NCBI GenBank assembly: GCA_001724265.1
Contig: MEDY01000264.1
Location: 1-43,377, forward strand
DNA: 43,377 nucleotides
Reading direction: 5' to 3'
DNA from: Rhizaria sp. SCN 62-66
Taxonomy: Eukaryota
Positions 30,798 through 43,377 of the stretch are shown piece by piece. The notes under the pieces were generated by a model. The model saw only the letters and a program-made list of their open reading frames with translations, was not told the origin of the DNA and made no database searches. Numbering within the stretch: position 1 is the first letter of the stretch; every line of letters begins with the position of its first letter. Position numbers and translations under genes: made by a program.

Positions 30798-32298
30798 TGG
30801 GTTGACGCGCGAGGACGCGATGGCTCAGACCGGCTTCCGACGTGAGGCTGGGTCGATCGAAAAAGAGATGCAGCACACGTAAAGAAACACATGTTTGAAG
30901 GAGGTTAGGATATTATATTATAAATAAATAGTTATCCAGACGGGTTAAGTCGTGAAGCTCATTTACGATGTAGCTGGCGAGAATCACATTCTTAAACGAA
31001 TGCTGCAGCCCGACTCCGAACCACCACAAACCAAAATCGAGGCCTCGTCACAGTACCAACCATCCCAAGCGAGTTATAATGAGATTTTCTCTCTTAATCC
31101 TTTTATTTTCCGAGTAATTTTTGGGTATAACAAAGGTGCAACCTAAAATATTAGCATATCCTTCTGAAGCTTGCTTTAAGCTTGATGCTGACTATGTTTA
31201 GTCTTTGATTTGTTCGAAAGCAACTTTCGTAACCCACGTCGCAGATTGGTGTTCGCTTCATCTCTCAAGGCCCGAACAATTTTACATCTGCACATCTTTG
31301 CGCGAGCATATATACACTGATGTTTTCATGCATTTTTATGACATGGCGCACTCTTAACGCTACCTCTTGAGAGTATCTTGCCGATAGAACTTCTCATTCT
31401 TCAAGTTTCTCAGGTACGTGCAGCCACGGGTGCTTCGCAGTCATAAACAGGTTAGTTCACAGTATACAGGTGACATAAGCGTTTTCACTCTACCTTAATT
31501 CATAATAGGCAATTGGTCACTCTTGTCGTTCCTTCTGAGTCGCGCCTACATCATTCTCCATACCTGCTCGATTGTGCGCTCATTGGTACATTATATCAGT
31601 GCAGCTATGGAGAGTTGCGTTTGTTTCTATGGTGTTATATCTAGGTACAATACATATTATTTTGGATGAGAGTTAAATTACATGCAAATACGTTTGTTTT
31701 CACATCAATAAATAGTTTCTTGTGTGTAAACTATGGAAACGTGTTCGCCAATCATAGCCAGTGCATCAACTAAAAACACAAAGCTTGAGACGCAAATGTA
31801 CAAGGTTGAAGTGCAACAATACACATTATTACATTAATTTGAGTCAAATTCTTTAACTTTCACTACTCTATCCGTAAATTTGAAAGATCAGGTTGGGTTC
31901 AAGTGCGTAACTGTGCCTGAGGAGCAACTAGTGATGAGGATAGGGCTATATCAGACACCAACTTGAATAAATACCACCACAATAATATACAATACACATG
32001 TGATGTTATATTCAAAATTTGCATTCGTTGCGCTGCGACCCGCGTCGTATCAATGTGTTTTGGTCGGCTGTAACGCTTATACTCGTGATCTGACTGGGCG
32101 AACGGAGTCGGAGGAGCAAAAACGGCCAACAAGAGACTAACATGTTCAGTATCTCGATAGAAATTCCGTTAATGAAAGTGCCGACACATATTTCAAAATT
32201 TAGAGTAACTTTGAACGATTATTTATTGTATTATATTTCGCAGCACTCTTTTTAGAACCTGTGCAAACAAGTTTAGTGGAGCAACGCTGTTCCTTCCG
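30798..32298. promoter_or_regulatory. AT-rich spacer between two divergently transcribed giant genes (probable promoters and 5' UTRs, possibly with UTR introns)
   Basis: Head-to-head ATGs at 30797 (-) and 32299 (+). Orphan CAG|GTACGT donor at 31414 and TTTTTAG acceptor ending at 32255. No recognisable protein or core promoter motif. Confidence 0.4.
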
Positions 32299-35200
32299 AT
32301 GTCCAGCGTCGCTCCGCCGCCTGAGGGCGGCCACAACTCCAAGGTTGTTTCCTGGTCGACTCCGCGCAACCACTTCGGACCTGAGCCGCCGATTCCCCCG
32401 GCGCAGCTCCCTCCTCTTCACCCGACCTCATCGTCGTCCTCCACAGTGCCCCCCGCCCAAGCGCCCGCGCCCCTTGGCCCGATCGCGGTTGTGTCTCAGC
32501 TCGCGGTCGCCGAGGCTGCCCGCGACATCACCGCGTTCCAGCAGCGCGCCCTTGGACACGTCACGCGCGCTGCTTTTCCCCGCGCCGCGCAACAGAGCTC
32601 ATCCCGCGTCCCCGGAGGCGCACACGATGCTCGCAATATTATTGGCAATCTAGGTCGTGGCGGCGGTAGTGTTGGAGGTTCTCCGCTGACTCGGCCGGGC
32701 GCGCTGCCCGCTGCGCTTACCCGCCGCTGGGCACAGGCCTGGCGCGAGCGCGCAGCGGCGTTTCCGTTACCGCCGGCCTCCGTGCAGCAATCTCAGGGCG
32801 TGAATGCCGATCTCACAACAACCGCGTTGGTGGAGGCTGTTGATGCCGAGGCCGCTGAGGCCGCACGGACCAAGGCTGCGCGTGCGCGACTGCAACGCTT
32901 GCTTCACGACCTCGAGACGCTGACGCGCTTTAGTACCGCACCGGGCGCGTCTTACGCCGCGCTTGCGACGGCCGCTTCCCCCGAGGCGGCTGCGAACGCC
33001 GCTGCGACGACGACCACTGACCCTGCGGCGTCTGCAGCGGCCGCGGATACACTGCTCGCGCTCGCCGTCGCCGTGTCGCAGATGGCCGCCATTGCGCCCC
33101 CGCCGCTGCCGCCGTCTCTGCGTGTTGCCGGTGTTTCCTCTGACGCGTCCGCGTCGAGTGCGACGTCGGTCACACCCGCCGCGCTCGCAGTGCCGCCGCT
33201 CTCGGCCTCGCACGCCGCGGCCGTGTCGTCTCTGGCGGCCCTGCGCGCGGACGCCGCCCGCCGCAGCGCGCGCGCTCGCTCTCTTGCCGCCTCATCCTCC
33301 GAGCTGGCAGCGACAGGCGCGCACAGGGACGCGCAGTGCCTTGCCGCCGACCGCGCCGCCGCAGCGCTCCAGTCGCAATACGCTGCGGCGCGGCGTGTCG
33401 TGTTGCGCCACGACGCTGAGGTCGCCCACGCGCGCGCCGTCAACGCCGCGCTGACGTCCTCGGAGGGCCGTGAACGCCGGCGCCGTTTCGAGCAGGTCGG
33501 CGCCGCGCAAGAGCAGGCGTACGCGCACGCTCACGCGCTGGCCTTCGCGCTGGGCCGTGCGGACGGAGTGTGCGCCGCGACGCGCGCGCGCGTGCGCATG
33601 GTCGTCGCGGAGACGCGCGCGCTTGCCCGCGCCGTGACGGCGATGGAAGCGGGCGCGGACGCAGTGCGCAGGGGCGCGCCCGCGCTCGCGGCGTCTGCTG
33701 CGACGCTGCAGCAGCAGACTCAGCAGCAACAGCATCACCTCTCCAGCGCCTCAGTGTTTGCGCCCGGTGCAGTGGACGTCGAAGGCGACGCCGTCTACCG
33801 CGTCAGCAACGCTACCGATAGCAAAAACAGCGTTCACGGTATGACTGACGACGAGAGTGACCGCAGCAGCGACGGCGACGGCGAGGGCGAGTCTGCCTGG
33901 GCCAACCCCGCCGTTGACACAGACACATTCCCTTCGACGCACACCGGCGCGAGCCACAGCTTTATGGCGACCGCGAACAACCGCGCGGCCGGCGGCTTCC
34001 GCGGCGGGTTCATGCTCACCGTCGACGCCCCGACCCCACTCTCGAATAACAACAGTGGCGCCACGGTGGCTTTGGCGACCCCGCAAGCGCTGGGCGGCTC
34101 TTTACCCTCCGGCGGGTCCCCGGGCGGGCCTGTGACACCGGCGCCGCGCCGGCCGCCGCTGCTGCAGCCGCTGTCACTGGGCACGCCTTCCAGCCCCGAG
34201 GCACCCACTTCACACCACGCGCGCGCAAACGCGCCTCACACCAGCTCGCACCACGCCAATGCGTTGACCGCTGACGCGTTGGGCGCCGGTGCGCGGGCCG
34301 AGAGCGCCGCGCGCGCCGCCGCTGCGGAGACGGCTGCTGTGGTGTTCCCATCGCCTTTGCTGTCGTTCCCGGGGCTGGCGCCGCTGCTCACGGTCTCCAA
34401 CCCCGTCCTCGCGGCTGTCGCGCCGCTCGCCACGGGCGGCGCCGCCGTCGCGCCTTCGGTCGCGGCCGCGGCGGTGCTGGGCGCGGGCGCGACGTGGGGC
34501 GCCGGCCAGCGCGCGTGGCGCGCGTGTCGCCGTCGGCAGCAGCGCCGGCGCCGCGCGGTGCTGCTCGTTGCGGCCGCCGCGCTCGCGCAGGCGTGGTGGC
34601 GCGCGCAGACGCTGCCGATCCCGCTGCCGCCGCCCGCGCCGACTGCCACCGCGTTGGCGTCGGAAGACGCCGACGCTGACGCGGGCGTCGACGCGGATGA
34701 CGGTGACGTCGACGGCGAGGATGCGGCAGCGGAGGGGGAAGACGGCGACGCTGAGGCGGATGTGGACCCTGCTGTGGCCGCAGAGCGGGCGGCGGCGCGG
34801 CGGGCGCGCGCGGCTGCGGCTGCCGAGGCCGCAGCTACTGCCGCTGCCGTCGCGGCCGACGCTGCGGTCGCGACGTCGCTGGAACCCTGGCTGCCCACAG
34901 GCGCTGCCACGGCCGCTGCAGCCGCGGTTTCAGCCGCGAACGCGCGCGCCGCCTCCGCTGCCGCTGCAGCCGCCGCGGCCGCCTCTGCTGCTGCCGCAGC
35001 CACCGCCGCACCGTCGTCGAATGCCGCCGCGATGGCCCAGCACGAGCTTGTACACGCAGCCTCCGCCGGTTCGCTGCCCGTCTCATCCTCCGGTGTCGGC
35101 CTGGCTCCACTTAGCGGCCTGTCTGCTCTCGGTGGACTCGCCAACATCGACGAATCCTCTGGCCGCATCCCTGCTACCGCTACCAACGCTAATACCACTG

Positions 35201-38200
35201 CGGCTGCGGCTGCCAACGTAACCCCGTCGCCTGTCGTTGCGATGTCCGCCGCTGCTGCCGCGGGCGCGCGCCTGGACGCGCACGGCGTCGCTGTGTACGC
35301 GGTGCTTATTGCAGCGCTCGCCGAGGCCGTCTCGCGTCTCAACGCGCTGCTGCCGCCAGAGACCGCAGCGCCAGGATTTGCGCTCCTTGGAGGCGCTGCG
35401 GGCCGCGGGCTCAAGAGCTCGCGCGCCGCGCGCCGTGCCGCGTCTGCCGCCGCCACCGCGACCGCGACGTCCGCGACGGCTGCGGAGGCGGTCGCTGACG
35501 GCGAGCCGCAAAGCAGGTCTGCGCTGTCAACGGCCCCCGGTACGGCGCAGGCCGGCGCGCGGCAGGGGCTGGCCGCGGCGACGATGGCGCTCGCACAGGG
35601 CTCGGGCTCTGTCTCGGCAGCTGCGACGCTGGCGAAGCGCTTTGCGGCCGCGCTGGCGGGCGCTGTCAACCCAGGCGCGCCCGCGCTGCCGCAGCCGCTC
35701 GTGGCAGTGCCCGGCGGACTGGCGGCCGCGGCGGGGCGCGCGCTGGCGACCGTCTCGGGCCCCGCGGCCGCTGCGGAGCCCGCTGCTGTGCCCAGCGCAG
35801 TCGCGACTGCGGGCCCGACTACCGAGGGCGATGCGATTGATGCGACCGCTGCGATGTTTGCGCCGGCGGGAGTGGCCGGCTCCGCCGCGACGCCGATGAA
35901 TGGGACGGGCACTGTGTCTGCGCACGTTCCGCCGCCGTCACTGTCGCCCGCTGCCGTGGCCGCCGCGGCGCGCGCGATCACGACAGTGCTGCTGCCGGCT
36001 CTGACGGCCGCGCACCACTCGCTCGCTACGCCCGCAGCCGCTGCAAACACGAGCGCTGGTAGCACTAATAACGGTGCGCAACCAGCGCAGTCTGGGCAAA
36101 CACAATCACCGCAGCCGCCGCAAGACAGCTTCACAGCACTGTGCGTTGACGTGCGCTCGTCTGTGCTTGCAGCGCTGGCGGCCACCGAGGCCCGCGAGGC
36201 GCGTGCGCTTGCCCGCGTTATGCTCAAGAGCTCCCTGCGCCCGCTGCCGCTGCCCGCACACTCAACTGCGACCGCGCCGGCCACTGGCGCTGCTGCTGCT
36301 GCGCCTGCAAGCGTGAGCACAGTGGCGCCGCTGGAAGAAGTCCTGACTCTGTACCCGTCGATTTTGGCGGGCACAAACGGTTCGATGCTGACATCATGCG
36401 TGCCGCCCACGCCCGCGCAACAGCTTGCCATTGCGGCCGCTGGCGCTCCCGCCGCGGGCGCCGCGGTTCCAGGCTCACTGGTTGGCGCCAGCGTCGGCTC
36501 GGGCACGGGCGCGCTGATCCCCAGTGCGCCGCTGTCGCCCGCGCTGCTGGCGCTGCTGCTTGCGGACTTTTCGGCCGCCACTTACGCGCGCACGGCGGCG
36601 CTGCGGACGGCGCGCGCGCGGGCTGCGGTCGCCGCGGCCTCGGTCGCCGTCCCCGCGCTGCACACTGCACCCGCCGCATCAGCGCCTGCGGCCGCGTCGG
36701 CGACAGGTCTCACGGCCGCCTTGCCGTCGCCTGGCACGTCCGCCGCGGCTGGAGCGGCTGGGAAGGACAAAGGCGCGTCGCTGGCCGGCGCCGCTGCTGC
36801 TGCCGCTGCGACTGTGGCCGGCGCCGCTGCGACGCCTGCCGCAACTGCTGCGGCCGCTGTGGCCACGGCGGGCGCCGCGCTGGCGCTGACGACGTCCGCC
36901 GCTGCCGTCGCAACTGCACTGCGCCGCTTTGCGCGCCGTACGCACCGCGCGCCTCCGTGGGCCGCCGCCGCCGCCGCTGCAAAGACTGCTGACGATGCAG
37001 GCGCGCGCCGAGGCCGCCGCACGCTGTCTCCGTCGCCCACCTCGGCCGGCTCTCACGCCCCCGTCGTCGTGCTATTCAACGATCACAAGACCAAGCCGAG
37101 CGCTGACACCAGCGCCACCGCCCCAAGTGGCGATGTCGCTGATGGCGAGGAGGATCCCGCAGCGACGACGCGGCGTCTGTTGCAACAGCGGGCTGCGGAC
37201 CTGCGCGCGCGCCGCGTGTCGCTCAACGCCCCGCTGCCGCAGCCGTCCGTTGCTGTCTCGATCACGGTCGTGACAGGCGCGGAAGACGACGATGGCGCTG
37301 CGCCGCCGCGGTCGGGCGCTGTGTCGCCGCGCACTTTATCGCCGCGCAATCTGTCCCCGCGCAACGTCTCGCGCTCGCCGCTGGCGCCGCACCGCGTTGT
37401 TTCCGGCTCGGGCACGACGAGCAGCCGCAGCAGCATGCGCAGCATCAGCAGCAGCACGTCCAGCTCGCCGTTTCCCGCGCCTGCACACACGCTGATGCCG
37501 CCGCAGCCCGCGCACAGCGGGGATGTTGACGGCGACTTGCTGCTGGCCACGCGCGACGGTGACGACCGCGTTGGCGGTGACGGCGATGGCGAAGCTGCGA
37601 CGCCACGCGCGCCGTCCGCGCTGCGCATGGCGCTGGACGCACAGGCCATTCTGGCCCAGGCCGCCGCGATACGCGCGTCCCGTCTCGGCACAGCGTCACT
37701 CACTGGACCCGGCGCAACGCCGTCGGACGCCGACGATGACGACGCCGCTCTTGCGGCAGCTGCCGCCGAGGCGGAGGAGGCGGACGAGAGCGACATCGCG
37801 CGGCGCCGGCGGCTGCGTGCGCTGGCCCGCCGCGAGCGCGAGCGCGGCCGCCAGCTGCGCGAGCGCGCCGGCGCCAGCGCCAGTGCCAGCGCCAGCGAGA
37901 GCGAGAGCGACAGTGCTGGCAGCAGCAGCGAAGGCAGCGACTGCGAGGAGCCCGCTGCGGGCGTTGCGCCGCACTTGCAGCTTCAGCTCGTGCACCAGCA
38001 CTACCAGCACCAGCTGACACCCGCCGCCGCTGCCGCCGCCGCTGCTGCCGCTGCGACCGCTGCGGCCGCCGCATCGCCGGCCGCTGCGGGCCGGGGCGCT
38101 GTTGCGCGCGCGTCGGCGAAGGCAAGCGCTGCCGCTGCAGCTGCCGCGAGCGCCGCTGCGCTGGCCTCGCGTTGTGTGCTGCGCGCGCGTACGTACGCCT

Positions 38201-41200
38201 TGTTCCCGCCTGTTCCGCAGCTTTGGAGCCGTTCACAGCCGCACGCGCTTGCTTCGTATCTCTCAGACCTGCTCTCTCCGACGACTTCCACAGCAGCTTT
38301 TGCTTCTTCACGCAGTTCTCCTGCCGCGTCTTCTGCCGCCGCGCCGCAGCAGGTTCCGAGCTTTGGCGAGCTTCTGCGCAGCGTCCTTGCCAGCGCCGCC
38401 CGCGGCCCGCTGCGCCCCTTCGCCGCCTCCACGGCGTCCGCGTCCGGGTCTGTTGTGTCACCTGTGCCGCTTATGTACTCTGTGCTCTTCGCAGCTCGGC
38501 AGTACGCGCAGGGCCTCACGCCACCTGCGGCGTCGTCCTCGGCCGCCACCGCTGCGGTCGCCGCTGCAGTTTCAGCCGCGCCCGCACTCTCATCCACAAG
38601 CGACGCAACGGCGTCTGCTGCAGGTGTCAAGAGCGCCACGACTACGGATACGCCTGCCGCCGCTGCTGCTGCTGCTGCTGCTGGTCCCAAAACGCGCCCG
38701 ACTCCGGCTGCGAGCGCTGCTGCTGCCGCAGCCGCCGCGGCGACAGCCGCCGCGAACGCGCTGGGAGAACTTTCGCGTGCTGGGGCGGTGGCGATGCTGG
38801 GCGGCACGGGGCACACCAGTCTCTCTGCCGCTGCGGCCGCGCTTGTGGCAACGATGTCCTCAGCTTCAGCGTCAGTGGCGGCGCCGGCCTCCGCCGCCAC
38901 GACCGTGTCCGCGGCCGCCGCGCACGCGACATCGACAGCGTCCGACGGCGCCACCACTGATGGCACCACGGCCGACTCCGGCGCGAACACATCGGCCGGA
39001 TCAAACGCCGGTCTGTCTCTGTGGGGCCCCAACGCGCCTGCCCAGGGCCACTGCATCGCACTCGCGACAGCGCGCGCTGAGGCGCTGCTGGTGCTGCACT
39101 GGCGCACCGCGCTGACGCGCCTCGAGGCCGCCGCCGCCGCCGCGCGTAAGCGTGAGGCCGCTGACGTCGCTGCCGCACTAACGGCCGCAGTCGCCGCAGA
39201 CGCCGCCGCGGCCGCTGCTGACAACACCAACCCCAGCAGCACCAGTAGCGTTGGCGCGAGCGGTGCTGACGCTGACCGTGAGCACGGTGTGTCCGGCGGG
39301 GACGCTGCAGGCGTGTGTCTGTGGTCACAGTCGCTGCCAAAGCCGGTGTTCCTGGAGGCGCTGCGGCTGGTGTTCCCCACGAAGCGCGAGGACCGCGTGC
39401 AAGCGCTGCAGGAGGCCGCGCTGGCCGCCGCTGTGGTTCCTGTCAACGCGTCATCGCTGCGGCCCATGCGCGGCACTGGCGCCGCCACGCGCACGCTTGC
39501 TGTCACATCAGCAGTGGCGAACAACGCAGCCGCGGCGAACAGTGCAGTAGCAGTTGTTTTTGGCGGCGATGGTGAGGCTGATGAGGGCAATGAGGACGTT
39601 GGCGCCGGCGCACTCACGCTGCTGCCGCTGCCACCAGTCCGCATTGCTTCCACAACCAAGTCTGTCGCCGCCCGCGCCCGCGCCGCCGTCGCTGCGAAGG
39701 CCGCTGCGAGCGAGGCCCGCCGCCGCGCCCGCGCTGACGCCGCTGCTGCCGAAGGTGACTGCTGCAGCTGCCACCGCGACTGTGTGTCCACCGACGCCAC
39801 GTCACAGTCCCAGGACGCTTCTGGCTTGAGTGCGACCGGAACAGTCGCTGGGAGCACTGCGGCGGCGCAGCGGCGCGAAGAACGTGCGCGCGCGCGCGCC
39901 GTTGCCGCGGCGACGCAGCGCGAGCACCGCCGTCGCCGCCGCGCGCGCCTGGCGCTCGTGCCCTCCCGCGACGCCGCTGCAGCCGGCGCTAACGGCGAGG
40001 ATGACGACGGCGCCGAGCCCCGGTCCGGCGGCGACACAACCGATGACGACTGTGCGCCCACTGCCACCGCTGCGGGCAACGCGGCGACCGCGTCTACCGG
40101 TGACGGCGGCTACGGTGACGACGATTTAGATGTTGACGTCGTCGCCGCGTCCGCCGCTGCGATGGCCGTTTCCGCAGCGACCCACACCGGCCGTGACGCG
40201 CTCAGCGACGGCGAGGGCGACGACGACGCCGCCGGCAGTGGCACTGACAGCGACACCAGCGCTGATGAGGCCGCGAGCGACGACGACGCGGTTGCTGATG
40301 ACGCTGATGCAGCTGAGGCCGACGCTGCCGTCGGCAGCCGCCGCGCACGTGCGCGCGCCCGTCGCCGCACAATCACTAAAGCCGCTGCAGGCTTTATGGA
40401 CGCGGTGGATTTCCGCAGTGACTGCGCTTCTAAGTGCGGTCGCACATGCGGACCCCGCTGCGTCCGCGCTCCGTGTGTTCGCGCACACGCCTTTGGCGCT
40501 GCACCTGCTCCTTGCGCACCGTCGCTTTGGCTGCCGCCGCCAACTGTTTCGACGTCTGCTGAGGTCACCGCACCCGCTAGTGCAGCCAACAGAGACGCTT
40601 TGTCTGCTGCGACGAAGAGTTGTAGCAATAGCGGCAGGAACAGCGCCAACCCCGGCCCCAACGCGCTCACGCACCACATCGACCTGGCGCGTTTGCGCGA
40701 CCCGGCGTGCGGTTTCGAGGCGTTGCTGCGCTCGCAGATGCTGGCTGAAATCAAGGAGTTCCCTGCCGCCATCGCGGATGCGCTCGCGTTCGCTTCGAAC
40801 GCGCACGCAAGCGCCAAGGCTGGCGCAAAGACGGCCACACCGGGCGCCGCGGCAGCTGCGGCGGCTGCAGCGGCGGCGGCCGCGGCGGCCAGTGGCAAGA
40901 GTGCCGCTGCGGCCGCGGCTGCACTCGTGCTGCCTGTCGGTCAGATTCCGGCCGCACTGCGCGCTGCTGACCCGTACATCTCACAAGGTGCGTTCCACGA
41001 CATAATATATATAACTTGTCTTGTTCTGTCTTTCGTGTAATTTTCACATGTTTAAACCGGCCTTTATCCTGCTAACACCAATATTTTATTCTTCTTTCTT
41101 GCTTTTTTTCAGTGACAATCGCGCGGTACATTGCGCACGGCATGGGTCTGTTCGACCTCTACACGCCCCAGGGCTCTCTCGCGCTTATGCCCCCCGTGCG

Positions 41201-43113
41201 CACGCCCGCCGCGGCCGCAGCCGCAGCGGCCACCGCGGCTGCCGTGGCGGCCGGCGTGTCTGACGCGCCCAGCAGCAGTCTGCCCCACGGCCACGGCCAC
41301 TACGGCTACGGCCACGGACACTTCCACGGGCGCCCGATCGCGGGCGCCACGGCCGACGCTGACGCGCTCTATTCCGCTGACGGCGACGGCTCCCCCGAGG
41401 CCTCGCAGTCCGCGTCTTCCTCAGCGTCGGCATCTGCCTCGGCGTCCGCGTCTGCGTCGGCCGCAGCGTCGCCCGTCACCTCGCCGACCGCGGCGTCGGA
41501 CGCCCACAAGCTATCGCCGACCGCGCCCGCGACTGCAACTGCGACAATGACCATGACGGTGAGCGTCACCGGCTCCGGCACTGGTTCCGCGGGCGCCCCG
41601 ACCTCGCCGTCCGCCGCCGCCGCCGCCGCCGCGTTCGCCGCCGCCGCGAGTGCCGCCGCGACTGCTGCCGCGCTGTCCGCAGCCGCGTTCGCCGCGTCGT
41701 CGCCGTTTGCGCCGAGCGAGACCGCACCACCGCTGGCCGCGCGCTGGCCGCTGCGCGCGCTGCTGCTGGCGCCCGCGCAGGGCACGGCGGAGCTCGCCGC
41801 CCCGCTGCTGCCGCCCGCGCTGCCGTTGCCGCCGATGCTCGCCGCCGCGGCCGCGATCGCCGCTGCATCGCCCCAGCAACAGCAACAACAACAGCAGCAG
41901 CAGCCACATCAGCAGAGCGCAGCGGCGGCGACAGGGACGGTGGCGCCGAGCGTGGTTGGCACGCCGATGGCCACTTCTGGCAGTCTAGCGCATCTGCACA
42001 GCCACGGCCACGGCCACGGCCACGGTTTCTTGCACGGCCACGGCCACAGCAGTCTCCACAGCCACAACGGCGCATCCTCAGGCTTCGGCCTCGGCGTTAG
42101 CCTCAGCCCGCGAATCGCTCCCGGTGCGCCGCCGCTGACCGCGTCTGCTGCGCTTGCCGCGACGCTGGCCGTGACGTCCGCGGTCCGCACCGGCGCCGCG
42201 GGCGTACCGTCGGCGGTCGAGGCGGCGCTCTTCCCGACCGCGTTATCGCCGCAGCCCCTGTTCGCGCCGCCCACGGCCGCCGCCGCCGCCGCCATGGCCG
42301 CCGCCGCCGCCGCGTCCGCCGCGAGCGCCGCCGCGGCCGCCGCGGGGGGCGAGCAGGGCCCACAGGCACATGTGCAGTTGCAGCTACACCAGCCGCAGCA
42401 ACAACAAGGTCAGGCGTGGCAGGGCGGGCAGGGCGCGCTGGGCGGCGTTGGCGCGTGGGCCGAAGGGCTCTCGCTGTTCCCGGCGCACTACACCGCGCCC
42501 GACGCCGCTGCGGCCGCTGCGGTGTCGGCTGCGACGGCCGCGGGAGTGCCGGGGCTCGCCCCTGTGGCGCCCGCCGCGCTTGCTGCGACCGGCCACGACG
42601 GCGGCGGCGCGGACTCGGCCGCGACAGCGCATAACACTTCTAGCGGCTCGAGCAATGGCAGCGGCAGCAGTGGAAGCGGGTGGGACGCGGCCGGCGCGGG
42701 GCTTTCGCTGCTGCCGCTGCTGCCGACCACGCTTGTTTCTGTGCCGGTTTTCATGGCGCGGCTCTCCGCGTCGCTGCTCCTCGCGCCGTCGGTGCTGTGC
42801 GACTGTGACGCGCTGGGACCCGCTGCGGCCGCCGCGGCCGCTGCCAACGCCGCCGCGGCCGCCGCCATGGGCTCGGGCGGCCCCGCCAGCGCGGGCTCCG
42901 GCGCCGGCGCGGGCGGCTACGTCGCGGGCGCGGGCGCCGTGCGCGTTGAGCACCTCGTCGCGGGCACAGGCGCGCTGGCCGGGGTGTGGCAGGAGTATCA
43001 GCAGCGGCGCGCGCGGCGGGCGCGGGCGGCCGAGCAGGCCGCTAAGGCCAGGGCGGCGGCAGCGCTCGCGGCGGACGTTGAGGCGGGCGTCGCAGCGGTG
43101 CTGGGGACCGCGA

Positions 43114-43149
<36 letters not shown>

Positions 43150-43217
43150 TGGGGACTGGATCGAGTGCGAACGCTGGCGTGACTGCAGTGAATAGTAGTC
43201 GCTCGAGGTTGATGTAA
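32299..43217 (+). CDS. Giant Ala-rich protein with dispersed TSNAXIP1 (translin-associated factor X-interacting protein 1)-like motifs; exons 32299-40987 and 41113-43217; about 3597 aa
   Basis: Two long ORFs joined by an AT-rich phase-1 intron (AAG|GTGCGT ... TTTTTTTCAG|TG). Non-repetitive islands FLEALRLVFPTKREDRVQALQEAAL, FEALLRSQMLAEIKEF and IPAALRAADPYISQ|VTIARYIAHG resemble, from memory, protist TSNAXIP1 C-terminal segments. Gene model fairly firm, family call tentative; the TAA at 43215 overlaps a possible GTAAGT donor. Confidence 0.6.
40988..41112 (+). other. Spliceosomal intron (125 nt, phase 1)
   Basis: GTGCGT donor, GCTAAC branch-like motif, T-rich tract, CAG acceptor; joins the two ORFs in frame. 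Confidence 0.88.
43116..43148 (+). repeat. (CAG)11 microsatellite encoding polyQ
   Basis: Eleven perfect CAG units in frame near the C-terminus of the last gene. Confidence 0.9.
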
Positions 43218-43377
43218 GTAAGAACTTGCGAAATATTGAAACAACTGGAATTGAACTAGCACGCATACGAGATCATTCATTACCATCGGTCCGTCGTAGG
43301 ATGGCGCGCCGACGATTTTCGCTCCGCGCGGGCCCGTCGGAAATTCCCGGAACTTTTCTTTGCCTAATAAAGACCAT

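Noticed and set aside
31414-32255. Upstream coding exon for the 32299 gene via a 31414-32255 intron
   Set aside because: The in-frame upstream sequence has no ATG after a TAA at 31355, so at most this is a 5' UTR intron.
1-43377. CRISPR arrays, tRNA/rRNA genes, transposases
   Set aside because: None recognised by eye; the repeats present are coding microsatellites and peptide repeats. A tRNA could be missed without a covariance search.

Overview
Gene-dense nuclear DNA from a microbial eukaryote. GC-rich, Ala/Gly/Pro-rich coding exons are separated by AT-rich spacers and short GT-AG introns, all eight modelled introns having GTNCG donors. Eight genes are supported: alpha-tubulin (partial, K40 replaced by Q); a ThiI-type tRNA 4-thiouridine synthase fused to a NifS/IscS-type cysteine desulfurase; a mitochondrial IMP1/IMP2 peptidase; a class-IV-like myosin bracketed by GYF_2 domains; an AzgA-type purine permease with a long tail; splicing factor SF3A1; and two divergent giant low-complexity proteins, one with TSNAXIP1-like motifs. 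Two signals stand out. (1) A single-chain, bacterial-type s4U8 tRNA thiolation module (2x NFLD-THUMP + ThiI + cysteine desulfurase) in a eukaryote, with a spliced N-terminal extension resembling an organellar presequence. (2) Four in-frame TAG codons inside otherwise continuous reading frames of two genes, while all seven inferred gene ends are TAA or TGA, which suggests UAG is a sense codon (probably Gln). All family calls come from motif recognition by eye; no searches were run.
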